A stretch of DNA of 64,000 nucleotides from an uncultured delta proteobacterium (GCA_963736855.1 CAVTQK010000015.1:96001-160000), one strand, 5' to 3'; shown: positions 51,251 to 62,044, counted from the stretch's first letter. Program-made: numbers and translations. Notes: generated from the letters alone by a model not told the origin.

Positions 51251-52234
51251 TGGACACCAATTCATCATGCTGCTAGCCGCTGTTCATAGAATCGGCGGTC
51301 GAATGCTGTCGGTGAAAGATAGTCCAGCGTTTTCTGAGTCCTCTCTCTGTTGTAGAAAACTTCAATATATTCGGTTAGTTCCCTGATGGCCTGGAGTCGG
51401 GTAGCGAAACGTCGATGAAAGATCAGCTCGGTCTTAAGCGTTGCCCAGAAGCTCTCCATGGGGGCATTGTCATAGCAGTTCCCGATTCCGCTCATCGAAA
51501 CCGCCATTCCGAGGCGATGGAGCATCTCCCGGTATTCGTGAGAACAGTACTGACTTCACTTATCTGAGTGATGAAGCAGACCGGTACAGGGTCCTGAGGT
51601 CTCCACAGCCCGCATCAATGCGCTTAATCCGATGTGCCCCGATGCGCACTCCATTAGCCGACATATCCCGCTGCAACCGTTCCGGACCGCAAGTCTCCCG
51701 CGTACGCCTGTAGGCGGCCCGGATCTCAATTTCCAACCGTCCCTCTTCCCGCGCCCGCCGAGAAGGCCCACGGCTGCGCCTGGCATGAAATCCGCTGGCC
51801 GATACCCCCAATACCCGACACAACACCCCCAACGGATAGTCGAGTTGCATATCCTCCATCACCGCGTGCCGTGCAGCGACTCCTTGGCAAAGTACGCGGC
51901 CGCTTTTTTAGTATGTCTCGCTCCATCTTCACAAGGACCAGTTCCAGCTTCACCCGGGCCATCTCAACCTTCACCTCAGTCAAAGGCCTGTGCGTCGAAC
52001 CGATCCTCTCCAGCTTCCCGGCCTTGAAAGCCCGAACCCAGTTCTCCAAGGTCGATTTCGGAAGGGAAAGGCGCATGGCTCCCTCTCCAACCGATAGGCC
52101 CCCTTCGGTAACAAGACGAACCGCCTCTAGACGAAACTCTTTGCTGTATTTGCTGTATGGAACCTTTTCCATCCTGACACCTCCGTCTATCAATCATTGT
52201 AAACTTTAGTGTCCATTATTTTCAACCTATATCA
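51232..52234 (-). mobile_element. IS3-family element, degenerate (internal deletion in orfB)
   Basis: 26-bp imperfect IRs (19/26) TGATATAGGTTGAAAATAATGGACAC / TGGTATCGGTCGTCCATAGTGGACAC; orfA YSKEFRLEAV..ERDILKK; orfB LCRVLGVS, HSD, GNCYDNAPMESFW, YNRER. Confidence 0.9.
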
Positions 52235-52406
52235 CCCTCCCGCTGCGTTAACCGATCCTTACTCCATCCAAAATACGCTTCCTCAAACCGCATCATCCGA
52301 GCCTCCTGTAACCACTGTGTCCGCTTCATCAGTCCACCTCCTCGGTGACTTCATAAACCGGACAGTTTATGTGTTACAAACCCGGACAGTTTATTTGTTC
52401 TCTACA
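52235..52406 (-). mobile_element. Second copy of the ISNCY/IS481-like left end (direct repeat of ~48244-48414)
   Basis: Near-identical to the first copy including the TGTAGAGAAC terminus and transposase start; cut off at the IS3 boundary. Confidence 0.9.
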
Positions 52407-52422
52407 TTAAAATGAATAACCC

Positions 52423-52451
52423 TTGACAAAGATTCTTTTATTAAATATAAT
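52423..52451 (+). promoter_or_regulatory. Consensus sigma70 promoter for sat
   Basis: TTGACA-17 bp-TATAAT, perfect consensus. Confidence 0.85.
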
Positions 52452-52529
52452 TTTTCGCTTAAACCTTACCAAGGCTCAATCTGTGCAAACAGATCAGGGG
52501 AATAACATCATCGAAAGGAGAAAAAATCT

Positions 52530-53807
52530 ATGTCGAAACTTATCCCACCACATGGCGGCAAGGGGCTCACCATCTGCCTGCTCGAAGGAGCGGCGCTGAA
52601 GGCGGAAAAGGAAAAGGCCAAAGGGCTCAAACAGGTTCAGGTTTCTCCACGGGTCAAGGGGGACCTCATCATGATCGGGATCGGGGGATTCAGCCCCCTG
52701 ACGGGATTTATGACCAAAGCCGACTGGAAGAGCGTCTGTGACAAGTTCCTGTTGAGCGATGGTACATTCTGGCCGGTTCCCGTCACCCTGGATGTCTCCA
52801 AGGCGGATGCGGACGCCATTAAAACCGGGCAAGAGATCGCCCTGTATGATCCCGAACGCAAGGAGATCATGGCCACCATGAAGGTCACCGAAAAGTTTGC
52901 GATGACCGAAGCCGACAAGCGGTATGAATGCGAAAAAATCTTCATGGGCGAAGGAACCAAAACGGCGCAAGAATTCTGGAAAGTCGCCGAGAAAGATCAT
53001 CCCGGCGTTCAGATGGTGATGAAGCAAAAAGAGTATAATCTCGCCGGACCGGTGAAGGTGCTCAGCGAAGCGGAATATCCGACCAAATATGCCGGCGTCT
53101 ACATGCGGCCTGCGGAATCTCGGAAGATCTTCGAGCAAAGAGGGTGGAGTGAGATTGCCGCTCTTCAGCTTCGAAACCCCATGCACCGCAGCCATGAATA
53201 CCTGTGCAAGATCGCCGTTGAGGTGTGCGACGGCGTATTCATTCATTCACTGGTCGGAAACCTGAAGGCCGGGGATATCCCCGCCGAAGTTCGGGTCAAA
53301 TGCATCGATGCGCTGGTGAAGAACTATTTTGTCGAAGATAAGGTGCTCCAGGGCGGATACCCTCTGGATATGCGATATGCCGGGCCCAGGGAAGCGCTGT
53401 TGCATTCCACATTCCGGCAGAATTACGGCTGCTCCCGGATGATCATAGGACGGGATCATGCAGGCGTGGGCGACTTCTACAGCATGTTCGAAGCCCAGAC
53501 CATTTTCGACAAGATTCCCAAGCCGAAGGAACCGGGTAAAGCCCTTTTGTGTACCCCCCTCAAGATTGACTGGACCTTTTACTGCGTGAAGTGCGACGGC
53601 ATGGCCTCCTTGAGAACCTGCCCGCATAAAAAAGAGGATCGTGTACTCCTTTCCGGAACTTTGCTCCGAAAGCTCCTTTCGGAAGGCGGCAAGGTGCCCG
53701 ATCACTTTGGACGGGATGAGGTACTGGTACTTCTTCGCGAATATTACGCAGGGCTGACTGAAAAAGTGGAGATCAAACTCCACGGCGCAGCCACCGGACA
53801 AAAGTAA
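52530..53807 (+). CDS. sat: Sulfate adenylyltransferase (dissimilatory)
   Basis: [45 protein letters not shown]. Confidence 0.97.
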   Translation: MSKLIPPHGGKGLTICLLEGAALKAEKEKAKGLKQVQVSPRVKGDLIMIGIGGFSPLTGFMTKADWKSVCDKFLLSDGTFWPVPVTLDVSKADADAIKTGQEIALYDPERKEIMATMKVTEKFAMTEADKRYECEKIFMGEGTKTAQEFWKVAEKDHPGVQMVMKQKEYNLAGPVKVLSEAEYPTKYAGVYMRPAESRKIFEQRGWSEIAALQLRNPMHRSHEYLCKIAVEVCDGVFIHSLVGNLKAGDIPAEVRVKCIDALVKNYFVEDKVLQGGYPLDMRYAGPREALLHSTFRQNYGCSRMIIGRDHAGVGDFYSMFEAQTIFDKIPKPKEPGKALLCTPLKIDWTFYCVKCDGMASLRTCPHKKEDRVLLSGTLLRKLLSEGGKVPDHFGRDEVLVLLREYYAGLTEKVEIKLHGAATGQK

Positions 53808-53870
53808 AGATATTCAAATTCCGATAAGAAAAGGGGCCGCACAAAAAATACTCGTGCAGCCTCTTGAAAT

Positions 53871-53899
53871 AAAAAGGAGGCCATTCGGCCTCCTTTTTT
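53871..53899. terminator. Bidirectional terminator between convergent sat and qmoC
   Basis: AAAAAGGAGGCC-ATTC-GGCCTCCTTTTTT. Confidence 0.85.
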
Positions 53900-53918
53900 C
53901 ATGCTTTATGGCCGGCGC

Positions 53919-55073
53919 TTATTTCCTGCCTGAGTACTCGTTATAGGCCATGGCCACCGTGCGATAGACGATATGGGCGAGCTTGGAAAAAGGCGTATAG
54001 GCGAACAGACTCCATACACACATGAGATGAATGATATAAAGGAATACCGAAAGTCCTGCCAAACCTCCCAGTCGGGCCATCTGAGTGAGAAGTCCGGTTA
54101 GGCCCAGGAGTAAGACTAAAACCACAAGGTACCAATCCCAGTATCCGGACACCTGGTCCTTTTTGGAAAGCCGATTCTTAATCAGGAAGATCGAACCGAT
54201 GACCAGGGCTACCCCTCCGGCGTTGCCCAGCCATTTCACCGGATTGATTTGGGAATACGGACCTTCGATATGGAAGATCCACTCCGCGATGAAGAAACAG
54301 TTGGTCACGATAAACAGACCGATGAACCCAAAAAGAACCATCATGTGTGAGGTGGATCGTTCCCGGTTTTCGGTGCATTCGTTGAACTTTTCATGTTTCA
54401 GTATCGTGGGGATGACGGTCGCCAGGGCCTTGATAAAACCGATGGGATCGATTTTTGTTTTATCGGTTTTCCCTTCGGCAACGGCGTTTTGATGAATGTC
54501 TGTTAGAAACCGTTTCAGGCCGATGGCAAAAACACCTGCGGCAAAGGCCGCCGTCGGGAGCATGATGATGTCCACCAGGTAGTTGTTGATGTATTGGGCC
54601 TGCCAGACAAAGTCCCCTTCAGGGCCGAAGTTGAGCCAATGGATACCGAAGACTTTGAGAACCAGCCCCACTGCCAGGAAGATGGCGGCGGGAACGGCGA
54701 ATAGGATAGGAAGCATCTTCGGATCCCGGACCGCCTTGGCCAACGCTTTGGGGGTCGCATATTCCCCGATGGTGTAGGATCGAATGGCGGCCAGGACATC
54801 GCCCGGCTTGGCACCTCTCGGGCACAGGGTGGAGCAGTCTCCACAATTATGGCACAGCCAGATGTCCAGATCACGCACCAGCTTATCCTTCAGGCCCCAG
54901 GAAGCGGCGATCATTTCCTTTCGCGGAAAGGGCTTGTTGTCCGGCGAAATAGGGCAGGCCACCGAACATGTGGCGCATTGGAAGCATTTTTTCAAATCTT
55001 GCCCGCCCAGCTTGCCGACCTCTTTGATAAAATTCATGTCAGGCGCAATACGGTAAGTATTTGCCATTTCCAT
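53919..55073 (-). CDS. qmoC: Quinone-interacting membrane oxidoreductase subunit C
   Basis: CFQCATCSVACP and CHNCGDCSTLCP plus a TM cytochrome b domain (PFSKLAH). Confidence 0.95.
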   Translation of the reverse strand: MEMANTYRIAPDMNFIKEVGKLGGQDLKKCFQCATCSVACPISPDNKPFPRKEMIAASWGLKDKLVRDLDIWLCHNCGDCSTLCPRGAKPGDVLAAIRSYTIGEYATPKALAKAVRDPKMLPILFAVPAAIFLAVGLVLKVFGIHWLNFGPEGDFVWQAQYINNYLVDIIMLPTAAFAAGVFAIGLKRFLTDIHQNAVAEGKTDKTKIDPIGFIKALATVIPTILKHEKFNECTENRERSTSHMMVLFGFIGLFIVTNCFFIAEWIFHIEGPYSQINPVKWLGNAGGVALVIGSIFLIKNRLSKKDQVSGYWDWYLVVLVLLLGLTGLLTQMARLGGLAGLSVFLYIIHLMCVWSLFAYTPFSKLAHIVYRTVAMAYNEYSGRK

Positions 55074-55109
55074 ACCTCCTGTTTTATTTGGCGATTCCGC
55101 GCGGTTTTC

Positions 55110-57446
55110 TTAGAATCCCTTGAACGGGTTGGGGCCCATGGTTTCAATGGATTCCACAAAATCGTTGATGATTTTCGGCAGCTTGTCGTAATCATCAATG
55201 GCAACTTCGAATTGAGCGACACGTTCGGTTTCCAATGCCAGGCTGGCCAGGGCATCACCGATTTTTTTCATCCGGATATCCGCCAGTTCGCTCCCCTTGA
55301 TGAAATGGCATTGATAATCATCCCCGTACTTGCATCCTAAAAGGAAAACCCCGTCCATACCCTGGGAAAGGGCGTCCTTGATCCAGATGACGTTGACGGA
55401 TCCTAAACACCTGACCGGGATAAGCCGGACGTCTGCCGAATAGGAAAAACCATTGATCCCTGCGATATCCAGAGCGGGATATGCGTCATTCTCACATACC
55501 AGACCAAGAATCCGCATCGGAGGTTCGCTGTAATCATCTGCAGACGGCACGCGGATGGCTTTCACCATGGAGCCGATGCTGTCGATGTTGTAATCGGCGA
55601 AACCGATGATGCGTTCCGGGCAAGCTCCCATGCAGGTTCCGCATCGACGACATCGGGTGGGATTCGGCTTTGGAGTCCCTTTGGCGTCGTCATCCAGGGC
55701 GCCGAAGGGGCACTCCTGGGTGCATCGCTTGCATTGAGTACATCGTTGGAAGAAAAAGTCTGGGAATGTCATGTCCCCGGATCGCGGATGTACCGAGACA
55801 CCCCGGTTGCTCGATTCAAGGCATTGAATCGCCTTTAAAGCCGCTCCTGTGGCGTCTTCCATCGATTCTTCCACGGTAAGTGCCCGACGGATGGCGCCGG
55901 CCGCATAGATGCCGGTGCGCTGCGTCTCATAGGGAAAACAGATGTAGTTGGAATCCGCATAGTCGTTGAATATGGCGTTGTCCCGGAACCCGGGGCCCTG
56001 ACGATAGGCCAGGTTTACTACCGGATCGTCTTTGGTGACCGGAACCATACCGGTACCCAGGACCACCATGTCGGCGGAGACCTCCACCTTTTCCCCCAGA
56101 AGGGTATTTTCTGCGGTCACAATAAGGTTGCCGCCGTTTTTTGAGACTTTCACCACTTCTCCCTTGGTCAAGAAAATTCCCGGATCCTGCTGGATGCTTT
56201 TGTAAAAACCCTCCGAAAGGCCGGGGGTGCGCATGTGCTGATAGAAGATAAAAGCTTTTCCGTCATCCGGGTAATCCTCGCGGACGTATTTGGCCTGTTT
56301 GAGAGCCACCAGGCTGGTCACGGATCCCGCATAGTCGAAATCCGAGTCGTCCCCTTTACCCGGGCTCTGGATAAAGACCACGGATTTGGCGGATTTGCCG
56401 TCTGAGGGTCGAACGACCTTGCCATGCTTGGCGATTTTTTCAAACTGGGCGTTGGTGACTACGTCGGGGATCTCGCCAAAGCCAAGATGGGTCAGCTCGT
56501 CCTTTGCCGGCTGATAGGGTCGCCATCCGGCGGCAAGGATCACGGCGCCGAATTTTTCGCCGTTGGGGTCAAAGGTCAGGATGTCCTGTCTGCCCTGGTT
56601 GTACTCCATGTACTTGGCATGCAGCTGCTCGGCATCCAACTCCTTTCCCTTATCGTCCACCCTCATCTCCGGAGGTAGGGGGAAGGGGACATCGAACTCG
56701 ATTTTTTCTCCGGGCTTTTTAAGTGTCACCGTGAAATTACCCGGCTCTCCGGCGATTCGAGCTACCATGGTTTCAGTCCGGACAGTGATAAGGGGGTTGT
56801 CCGAAACCTCTTGAATCTTCTTTTCCACAATAGGCGGAATCAGGTTTTCATAGGGATATCCCGTGGGAAGCTGCTTGCGCCAATGACCGGCATGCCCCCC
56901 CAATTGTTGCTCCTTTTCCACGATGGTGACTTCATAGCCGGCGGCAGCCGCATCCAGGGCTGCCGACATGCCGGTGATCCCGCCGCCGATAACCAGAATC
57001 TTACGGGTAAAGTTCTCGAGTTTAGAGGGTTCGGGGAGCGTGACCTTTTTTACGCGGGCCATCCCCATTTTCACATAGTCTTCGGCCATCATCTGGACCC
57101 GGTCAAATTTATCCGAATCGGCTTTTTCTTCTTCCGTGAGTGCCGGAAAGACCTTTCGGGGATGTGACCATACTACGCCTTCCCTCAGATTAACCCGATC
57201 CACGATGCAGCCGGGAAAACGGAAGATATCAAAATTAACCCGACGGGAGCAGGCGGCAATCACCAGCGTGTTGATTCCGGAAGTGATTTCGCTTTTGAGC
57301 AGGGCAACCCCATCTTGGCCGCAAAGAAAAGGGTGTGTCTTGTAAGGAAACTTTTCGGCCTGGGGCACCTTACTGAGTGCTTCAATATTCAGGGCATCCC
57401 CGATGCCGCACCCCGTGCAGATATAGACGCCATATTTTTTATCCAT
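55110..57446 (-). CDS. qmoB: QmoB (HdrA-like FAD/Fe-S with MvhD-like C-terminus)
   Basis: GGGITG, CTQCKRCTQECP, CRRCGTCMGACP, CENDAYP, VRCLG, CHF. Confidence 0.95.
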   Translation of the reverse strand: MDKKYGVYICTGCGIGDALNIEALSKVPQAEKFPYKTHPFLCGQDGVALLKSEITSGINTLVIAACSRRVNFDIFRFPGCIVDRVNLREGVVWSHPRKVFPALTEEEKADSDKFDRVQMMAEDYVKMGMARVKKVTLPEPSKLENFTRKILVIGGGITGMSAALDAAAAGYEVTIVEKEQQLGGHAGHWRKQLPTGYPYENLIPPIVEKKIQEVSDNPLITVRTETMVARIAGEPGNFTVTLKKPGEKIEFDVPFPLPPEMRVDDKGKELDAEQLHAKYMEYNQGRQDILTFDPNGEKFGAVILAAGWRPYQPAKDELTHLGFGEIPDVVTNAQFEKIAKHGKVVRPSDGKSAKSVVFIQSPGKGDDSDFDYAGSVTSLVALKQAKYVREDYPDDGKAFIFYQHMRTPGLSEGFYKSIQQDPGIFLTKGEVVKVSKNGGNLIVTAENTLLGEKVEVSADMVVLGTGMVPVTKDDPVVNLAYRQGPGFRDNAIFNDYADSNYICFPYETQRTGIYAAGAIRRALTVEESMEDATGAALKAIQCLESSNRGVSVHPRSGDMTFPDFFFQRCTQCKRCTQECPFGALDDDAKGTPKPNPTRCRRCGTCMGACPERIIGFADYNIDSIGSMVKAIRVPSADDYSEPPMRILGLVCENDAYPALDIAGINGFSYSADVRLIPVRCLGSVNVIWIKDALSQGMDGVFLLGCKYGDDYQCHFIKGSELADIRMKKIGDALASLALETERVAQFEVAIDDYDKLPKIINDFVESIETMGPNPFKGF

Positions 57447-57459
57447 GAATAACCTCCTC

Positions 57460-58737
57460 CTACTTTCTCACCAGGGTTTGGATCGCTTTCAGAGCCATGC
57501 CGGTTGCGTTCTGGTTCGATGAGACGACATCGGCCGGCTTGTTCGCACATCCTGCCGCGAACATGCCTCCCTTGGCGAAATCGTTGATGACAAATCCATC
57601 TTCGGTATATTTCAAGTCGGCGGGGAGTTTGGTTTGGGCGGCGGTGGGCTGCATACCGGTGGCCAGGACCACCATTTCCACGGTCTGCCTGATCTTTTCT
57701 CCCGTGACGGCGTTTTCTGCCACCACGGTGATGTTCTGGGTTGCCGGATCCTCGCCGACTTCCGCGACTTTTCCCTTGATGAAGTGAACCTTATCGTCTT
57801 CCTTGATTTTTTTATAAAAGCGCTCGTACCGGTATCCGGGCGCCCTCAGATCGATGTAAAAAATATAGACGTGGGCCTCTGGATTCCGTTCCCGGATGTA
57901 GGTGGTCTGCTTCAGAGATGCCATGCAGCAGATGTAGGAACAATAGGGAAGATGATTTTCATCCCGGGATCCGGCGCACTGGACAAAGGCGATGCTTTGA
58001 GGAACCTTTTTGTCCGAAGGTCTAAGGATTTGTCCTTTGGTCGGCCCGTTGTGCGCTGCCAGGCGTTCCATCATCATATTGGTGATGATGTTGGGATACC
58101 GTCCGAACCCGAGATTGTCGATCTTACCGGCATCGTAAGGTTCCCAGCCCGTGGCCCAGACGATGGCGCCCACATTCAACGTCAATGTCTTAGGTTTCAT
58201 GTCGAGATCAACGGCATTGTATTTGCAGGCCGCCTTGCACCGTTTGGCGTCTTCGGTGCCGATGATTTGGGGAGAAAGAACATACCGTGCGGGAAAGGCC
58301 ATTTCGAAAGGAAGATATGCACCTTTATGCCGGTCCATGCCGAAATTGTAGTCATTGGAAATTTCTGTTTCACAAGCCTTGGCACAGTCCCCGCAACAGG
58401 TGCAATTTTCGTTGATATAGCGGGGATTCAGCTTCACCGTGACATCGTAGTTACCTGGAACGCCGACTACCTTCTCGATCTCCGCCAGGGTGAAGACCTT
58501 GATGCCGGGGTTGTCTTTAATTCTCCTGAAATTGATTTCGAGGCCGCAGGTGGGCGGACACAGCTTGGGGAAATATTGATTCAGCTGCGTCACTCTCCCC
58601 CCAACATAGGGGTTCTTTTCAACGAGAAACACCTCGTACCCCACCTCGGCGGCTTCCAGAGTGGTCGTCAGGCCGCTGATGCCGCCTCCCACGACCAGAA
58701 TGCTTCCGCTTCCCGGGGCTCCTTTGTTGTCTGTCAT
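57460..58737 (-). CDS. qmoA: QmoA (HdrA-like flavoprotein)
   Basis: GGGISG, YFPKLCPPTCG, QCAGSRD, CSYICC. Confidence 0.95.
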   Translation of the reverse strand: MTDNKGAPGSGSILVVGGGISGLTTTLEAAEVGYEVFLVEKNPYVGGRVTQLNQYFPKLCPPTCGLEINFRRIKDNPGIKVFTLAEIEKVVGVPGNYDVTVKLNPRYINENCTCCGDCAKACETEISNDYNFGMDRHKGAYLPFEMAFPARYVLSPQIIGTEDAKRCKAACKYNAVDLDMKPKTLTLNVGAIVWATGWEPYDAGKIDNLGFGRYPNIITNMMMERLAAHNGPTKGQILRPSDKKVPQSIAFVQCAGSRDENHLPYCSYICCMASLKQTTYIRERNPEAHVYIFYIDLRAPGYRYERFYKKIKEDDKVHFIKGKVAEVGEDPATQNITVVAENAVTGEKIRQTVEMVVLATGMQPTAAQTKLPADLKYTEDGFVINDFAKGGMFAAGCANKPADVVSSNQNATGMALKAIQTLVRK

Positions 58738-58846
58738 GCCATCCCTCCGTAATTTAGGGTGATTGGGTTATGGGTGATAGGCGACGGGCGATCCACCGGC
58801 CCGGTCGATCACCCCTCATATACCACCCATAACCGGGGATTTTAAC

Positions 58847-58880
58847 AAAAACCTCCAGGTGTCTGGCGACACCTGGAGGC
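58847..58880 (-). terminator. Terminator-like hairpin after aprA
   Basis: Minus strand: GCCTCCAGGTGTC-GCCA-GACACCTGGAGGT-TTTT. Confidence 0.7.
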
Positions 58881-58913
58881 ATGTTTGCCGACTAGTTCAT
58901 AGTCGTTCCTCGA

Positions 58914-60891
58914 TTACGGGATAATCTTAATGTAGTCTTTCTTGAAGACATCCCATTTCTGTGCTTTCGGGTCGAACTTGGAGTTGACGAAGCAGAACCA
59001 GTTCTTGTCATCCTGCCCCGGGTAATCTGACTGATAGTAGAAGCCGGGATACCGGGTTTCTTTCCGGAACTGGATGTGCCGCAGATGGGATTCCACGGTC
59101 CAGATGCGGTGCAGGATTTCCCACGACCGCATCAGTTCGTGCAGGTCGCCGGCAGCCAGTTTCTGGCAGTCTTCACGCATCCATGCCAGCATCTCCATGA
59201 TGATTTCCAGGTTCTTTGAAGTCGTCATATAGTAGGTGGCCGTTCCGGCGCCGTATTCGTGGGTGGCCTTCATCATCCGGTACATCATGCCGTTGGGCTT
59301 CATGTAGTTGGGGTTGATGTCTTCGGCCGTGGTGTACTTGACATTGTCCAGATAGGTACGAACCGGTTTGTACACATAGTCGATGACCTGGTCCTTGGTC
59401 ATGGCCACTTCCGGTTTGAAGTCCGCGTGATCTTTGGCGTAGCGGACCATCTGTTTGACGGCAATCCGGCCTTCGGCATGTGAGCCCGAGGAAAACTTGT
59501 GGCCGGAGCAGCCGACACCGTCGCCGGAGGTGAAAAGTCCGTTGACCGTGGTCATGCGGTTGTAGACCTTGCCGTTGTCGGCCTTGATCTTGTAAGAAGC
59601 CGGGATCCAATCGAAATCCGGACCCGAAACCCAGAACCCGCAGCAGCCCGAGTGGGATCCGAGCAGGTACGGCTCGGTGGGCATGACTTCGGAGTTTTTC
59701 TTTTCCGGCTCCGTGTTTGTGGCGCACCACAGGTTGGCCTGGCCGCAGGTCATGTCCAAAAAGTCTTCCCAGGCTTCCGATTCCAGATGCTTGAGTTCCT
59801 TCTTGTCCATGGTCTTTCCGAGTTCGGCCAAAGCGGTCACAGTATCCATCATGATGGGTCCGCGGCCTTCCTTCATCTCGAAGAGCATCAGGTGGTTCCG
59901 CAGGCAGGTAGGGGTGACAGCGGCGGTGCCGTAAGGCGCATATTTCTGGAGTTCCTTCTTAGCGGCCTCGCTGGCGGCAAAGTTTTCGCCCAACCCATTG
60001 AGGGTCTTGGCCTTGAAGAGCAGGAACCATGCACCCACCGGGCCGTAGCCGTCTTTAAAACGCGCCGGGGTGAACCGGTTTTCCATCATGGAAAGTTCGG
60101 CGCCGACCCGCATCCCCAGGTAATAGGTGGAGCCGGAGTTCCACACCGGATACCAGGCCCGGCCTTTCCCTTCGCCGACACTCCGGGGCTGATAGATGTT
60201 CACTGCGCCGCCGCATGCGATCATGGCGGTTTTACACTTGAAAAAGTATACCTTGTTTTCCCGCACGGAGAATCCGAGTGCGCCGGCGATCTGGTTCGAC
60301 CGATTTTTATCCAGGGCCAGTTCCACGATGAAAACCCGCTCCAGGATATTGTCAGCGCCGATGGCTTTCTTGGCGGCTTCGGCGACGATGCGTTTGTAAG
60401 ATTCGCCGTTGATCATGATCTGCCATTTTCCGGTGCGGACCGGCTTGGCTCCGGATTTCAGTGTGCCCATTGTCTGGCCTTTTTTTCCGTCGAGGTTTTT
60501 GTCTTCGGCGGATTTTTTCCAGATGGGGAGCCCCCATTCCTCGAACAGGTGCACGGAATCGTCCACATAATTACCCAGGTCGAAGATCAAGTCTTCCCGG
60601 ACGATCCCCATGAGGTCGTTTCTGACCATGCGCACATAGTCATCCGGGTGAATTTTCGCCGATATAGGTGTTGATGGCGGAAAGGCCCTGCGCCACGGCG
60701 CCGCTGCGCTCCAAGGCGGCCTTGTCCACCAGAAGGACGCTCTGCTTGTCGGACATCCATTTTTTGACCTCGAACGCCGCGCCGCATGCAGCCATGCCGC
60801 CGCCGATGATCAGGATATCGACTTCGCGTTCCACAAACTCTGGGTCTCTTACGGCCTTGAGTTCCCCTTTGGGTTTGTTCGGTAATGCCAT
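58914..60891 (-). CDS. aprA: Adenylylsulfate reductase alpha subunit, split by a 1-bp insertion at 60646-60648
   Basis: GGGMAACG and RSGAVAQGLSAINTY in one frame; RMVRNDLMG, WQIMINGE, HKFSSGS in the next; removing one base restores ENSPDDYVRMVR. Confidence 0.95.
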
Positions 60892-60965
60892 TTTATATCC
60901 TCCTTCAAATAATGATACGTGATTGTTTGTTCCGCGGGTATGACACCCCACCCGTCTTTTGAGGC

Positions 60966-61403
60966 TTAAACCAGCGCTTTGGGCCTGGGCATTTTAAATC
61001 CCTCGGCTTCCTGGGTGGAAAGAAGCGGACTTTCAATGTCTTTGCCCTTCAGGTTCGCATAGTCGTTAGCCGCGCCTTCGGGCGTGGTCCGGATGGGGAA
61101 CTTGAACCGTTTGATGACACCGTTTCGGAATTTGCAGGTCCACATCACGTCTTCGGTGCCCAGCATCGGCATGACGCTGCTTCCCATGGGCACAAAGTCG
61201 GCATATCCTCTGACTTCGATGGCCTGGGTCGGGCAGATCTTCACACACGAAAAGCATTCCCAGCACTGATCCGGCTCCTGATTATAGGCTTTCATCTCAT
61301 TGGGTTCCAACACCATGAGATCATTGGGGCAGATGTACATGCATGCCGTTTTTTCCCCGCCTTTGCAGCCGTCACATTTCTCAGCTATTACAAAACTTGG
61401 CAT
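60966..61403 (-). CDS. aprB: Adenylylsulfate reductase beta subunit
   Basis: CDGCK....TACMYICP, CWECFSCVKICP, RFKFPIRTT. Confidence 0.97.
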   Translation of the reverse strand: MPSFVIAEKCDGCKGGEKTACMYICPNDLMVLEPNEMKAYNQEPDQCWECFSCVKICPTQAIEVRGYADFVPMGSSVMPMLGTEDVMWTCKFRNGVIKRFKFPIRTTPEGAANDYANLKGKDIESPLLSTQEAEGFKMPRPKALV

Positions 61404-61763
61404 TTACATTACCTCCTCGTTGTTTTTGTGCAAAAATGGTTTCTTTTGCAGCTTTTTGTAGTCTTTGACTCAAATAATCCAAACGTGGTTTTTCCTTCTA
61501 CACCTCCCTTCATTTTATGCCCCTTCACGCTTTACTCGTCGGGCCGATTTGTCGGATTCCCTTTTCTGTCAGCCAAAGGGCAGGCTATGCAATGAAGATC
61601 AATTTGATTTTGATTTCAGCGGGATGGACCAATCCCTTTCCTTATACCAAGAAAAACTTTAACTATCATCCGGTGGAATTCTTGTCAAGCACTTTCAAGA
61701 TAAAAAATTCATTTGGCAAACCTTGTTCAGGCGAAAGGGATCTGCCTTTGGAAGGGTTCAATT

Positions 61764-61921
61764 TTTATGAAATCGTAAAAACTCAAAATTAGGATGGCAA
61801 AGTAAAAAGCTTCAGATGCAAGGCGCGCAAATCCTGAGGAATGAGGCGTACATATGGGTACGCCGTCAATGACGAAGGATGCAGTGCAACGCAGCAGATG
61901 GACTTTTTACGAAGCCATCAA
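61764..61921 (+). repeat. MITE-like element family A, copy 4
   Basis: 158 bp (one extra T), in the divergent region upstream of aprB. Confidence 0.9.
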
Positions 61922-62044
61922 TTTTTATTGACAGGTACCAGGAACCTGCTACCTCTTTAGTCAGGGCGACTGGACCAAAAAAAACATCTGTAAGGGTGCC
62001 ATTTACGTCCTGAAAACCAAAGATTGAAAAAGGTCCAAATCGTA

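Noticed and set aside
60640..60642. TGA in aprA as selenocysteine or programmed recoding
   Set aside because: The downstream coding sequence is in a different frame, so read-through would not restore the protein, and no slippery motif is evident.
57634..60674. Long + strand ORFs (372 aa and 391 aa) opposite qmoA and aprA, and similar antisense ORFs elsewhere
   Set aside because: Antisense shadows of strongly codon-biased genes with no recognisable motifs.
22476..61921. Repeats as a CRISPR array or integron attC sites
   Set aside because: Copies are dispersed and 157-194 bp long, with no spacers, no cas or intI gene and no RYYYAAC/GTTRRRY ends.
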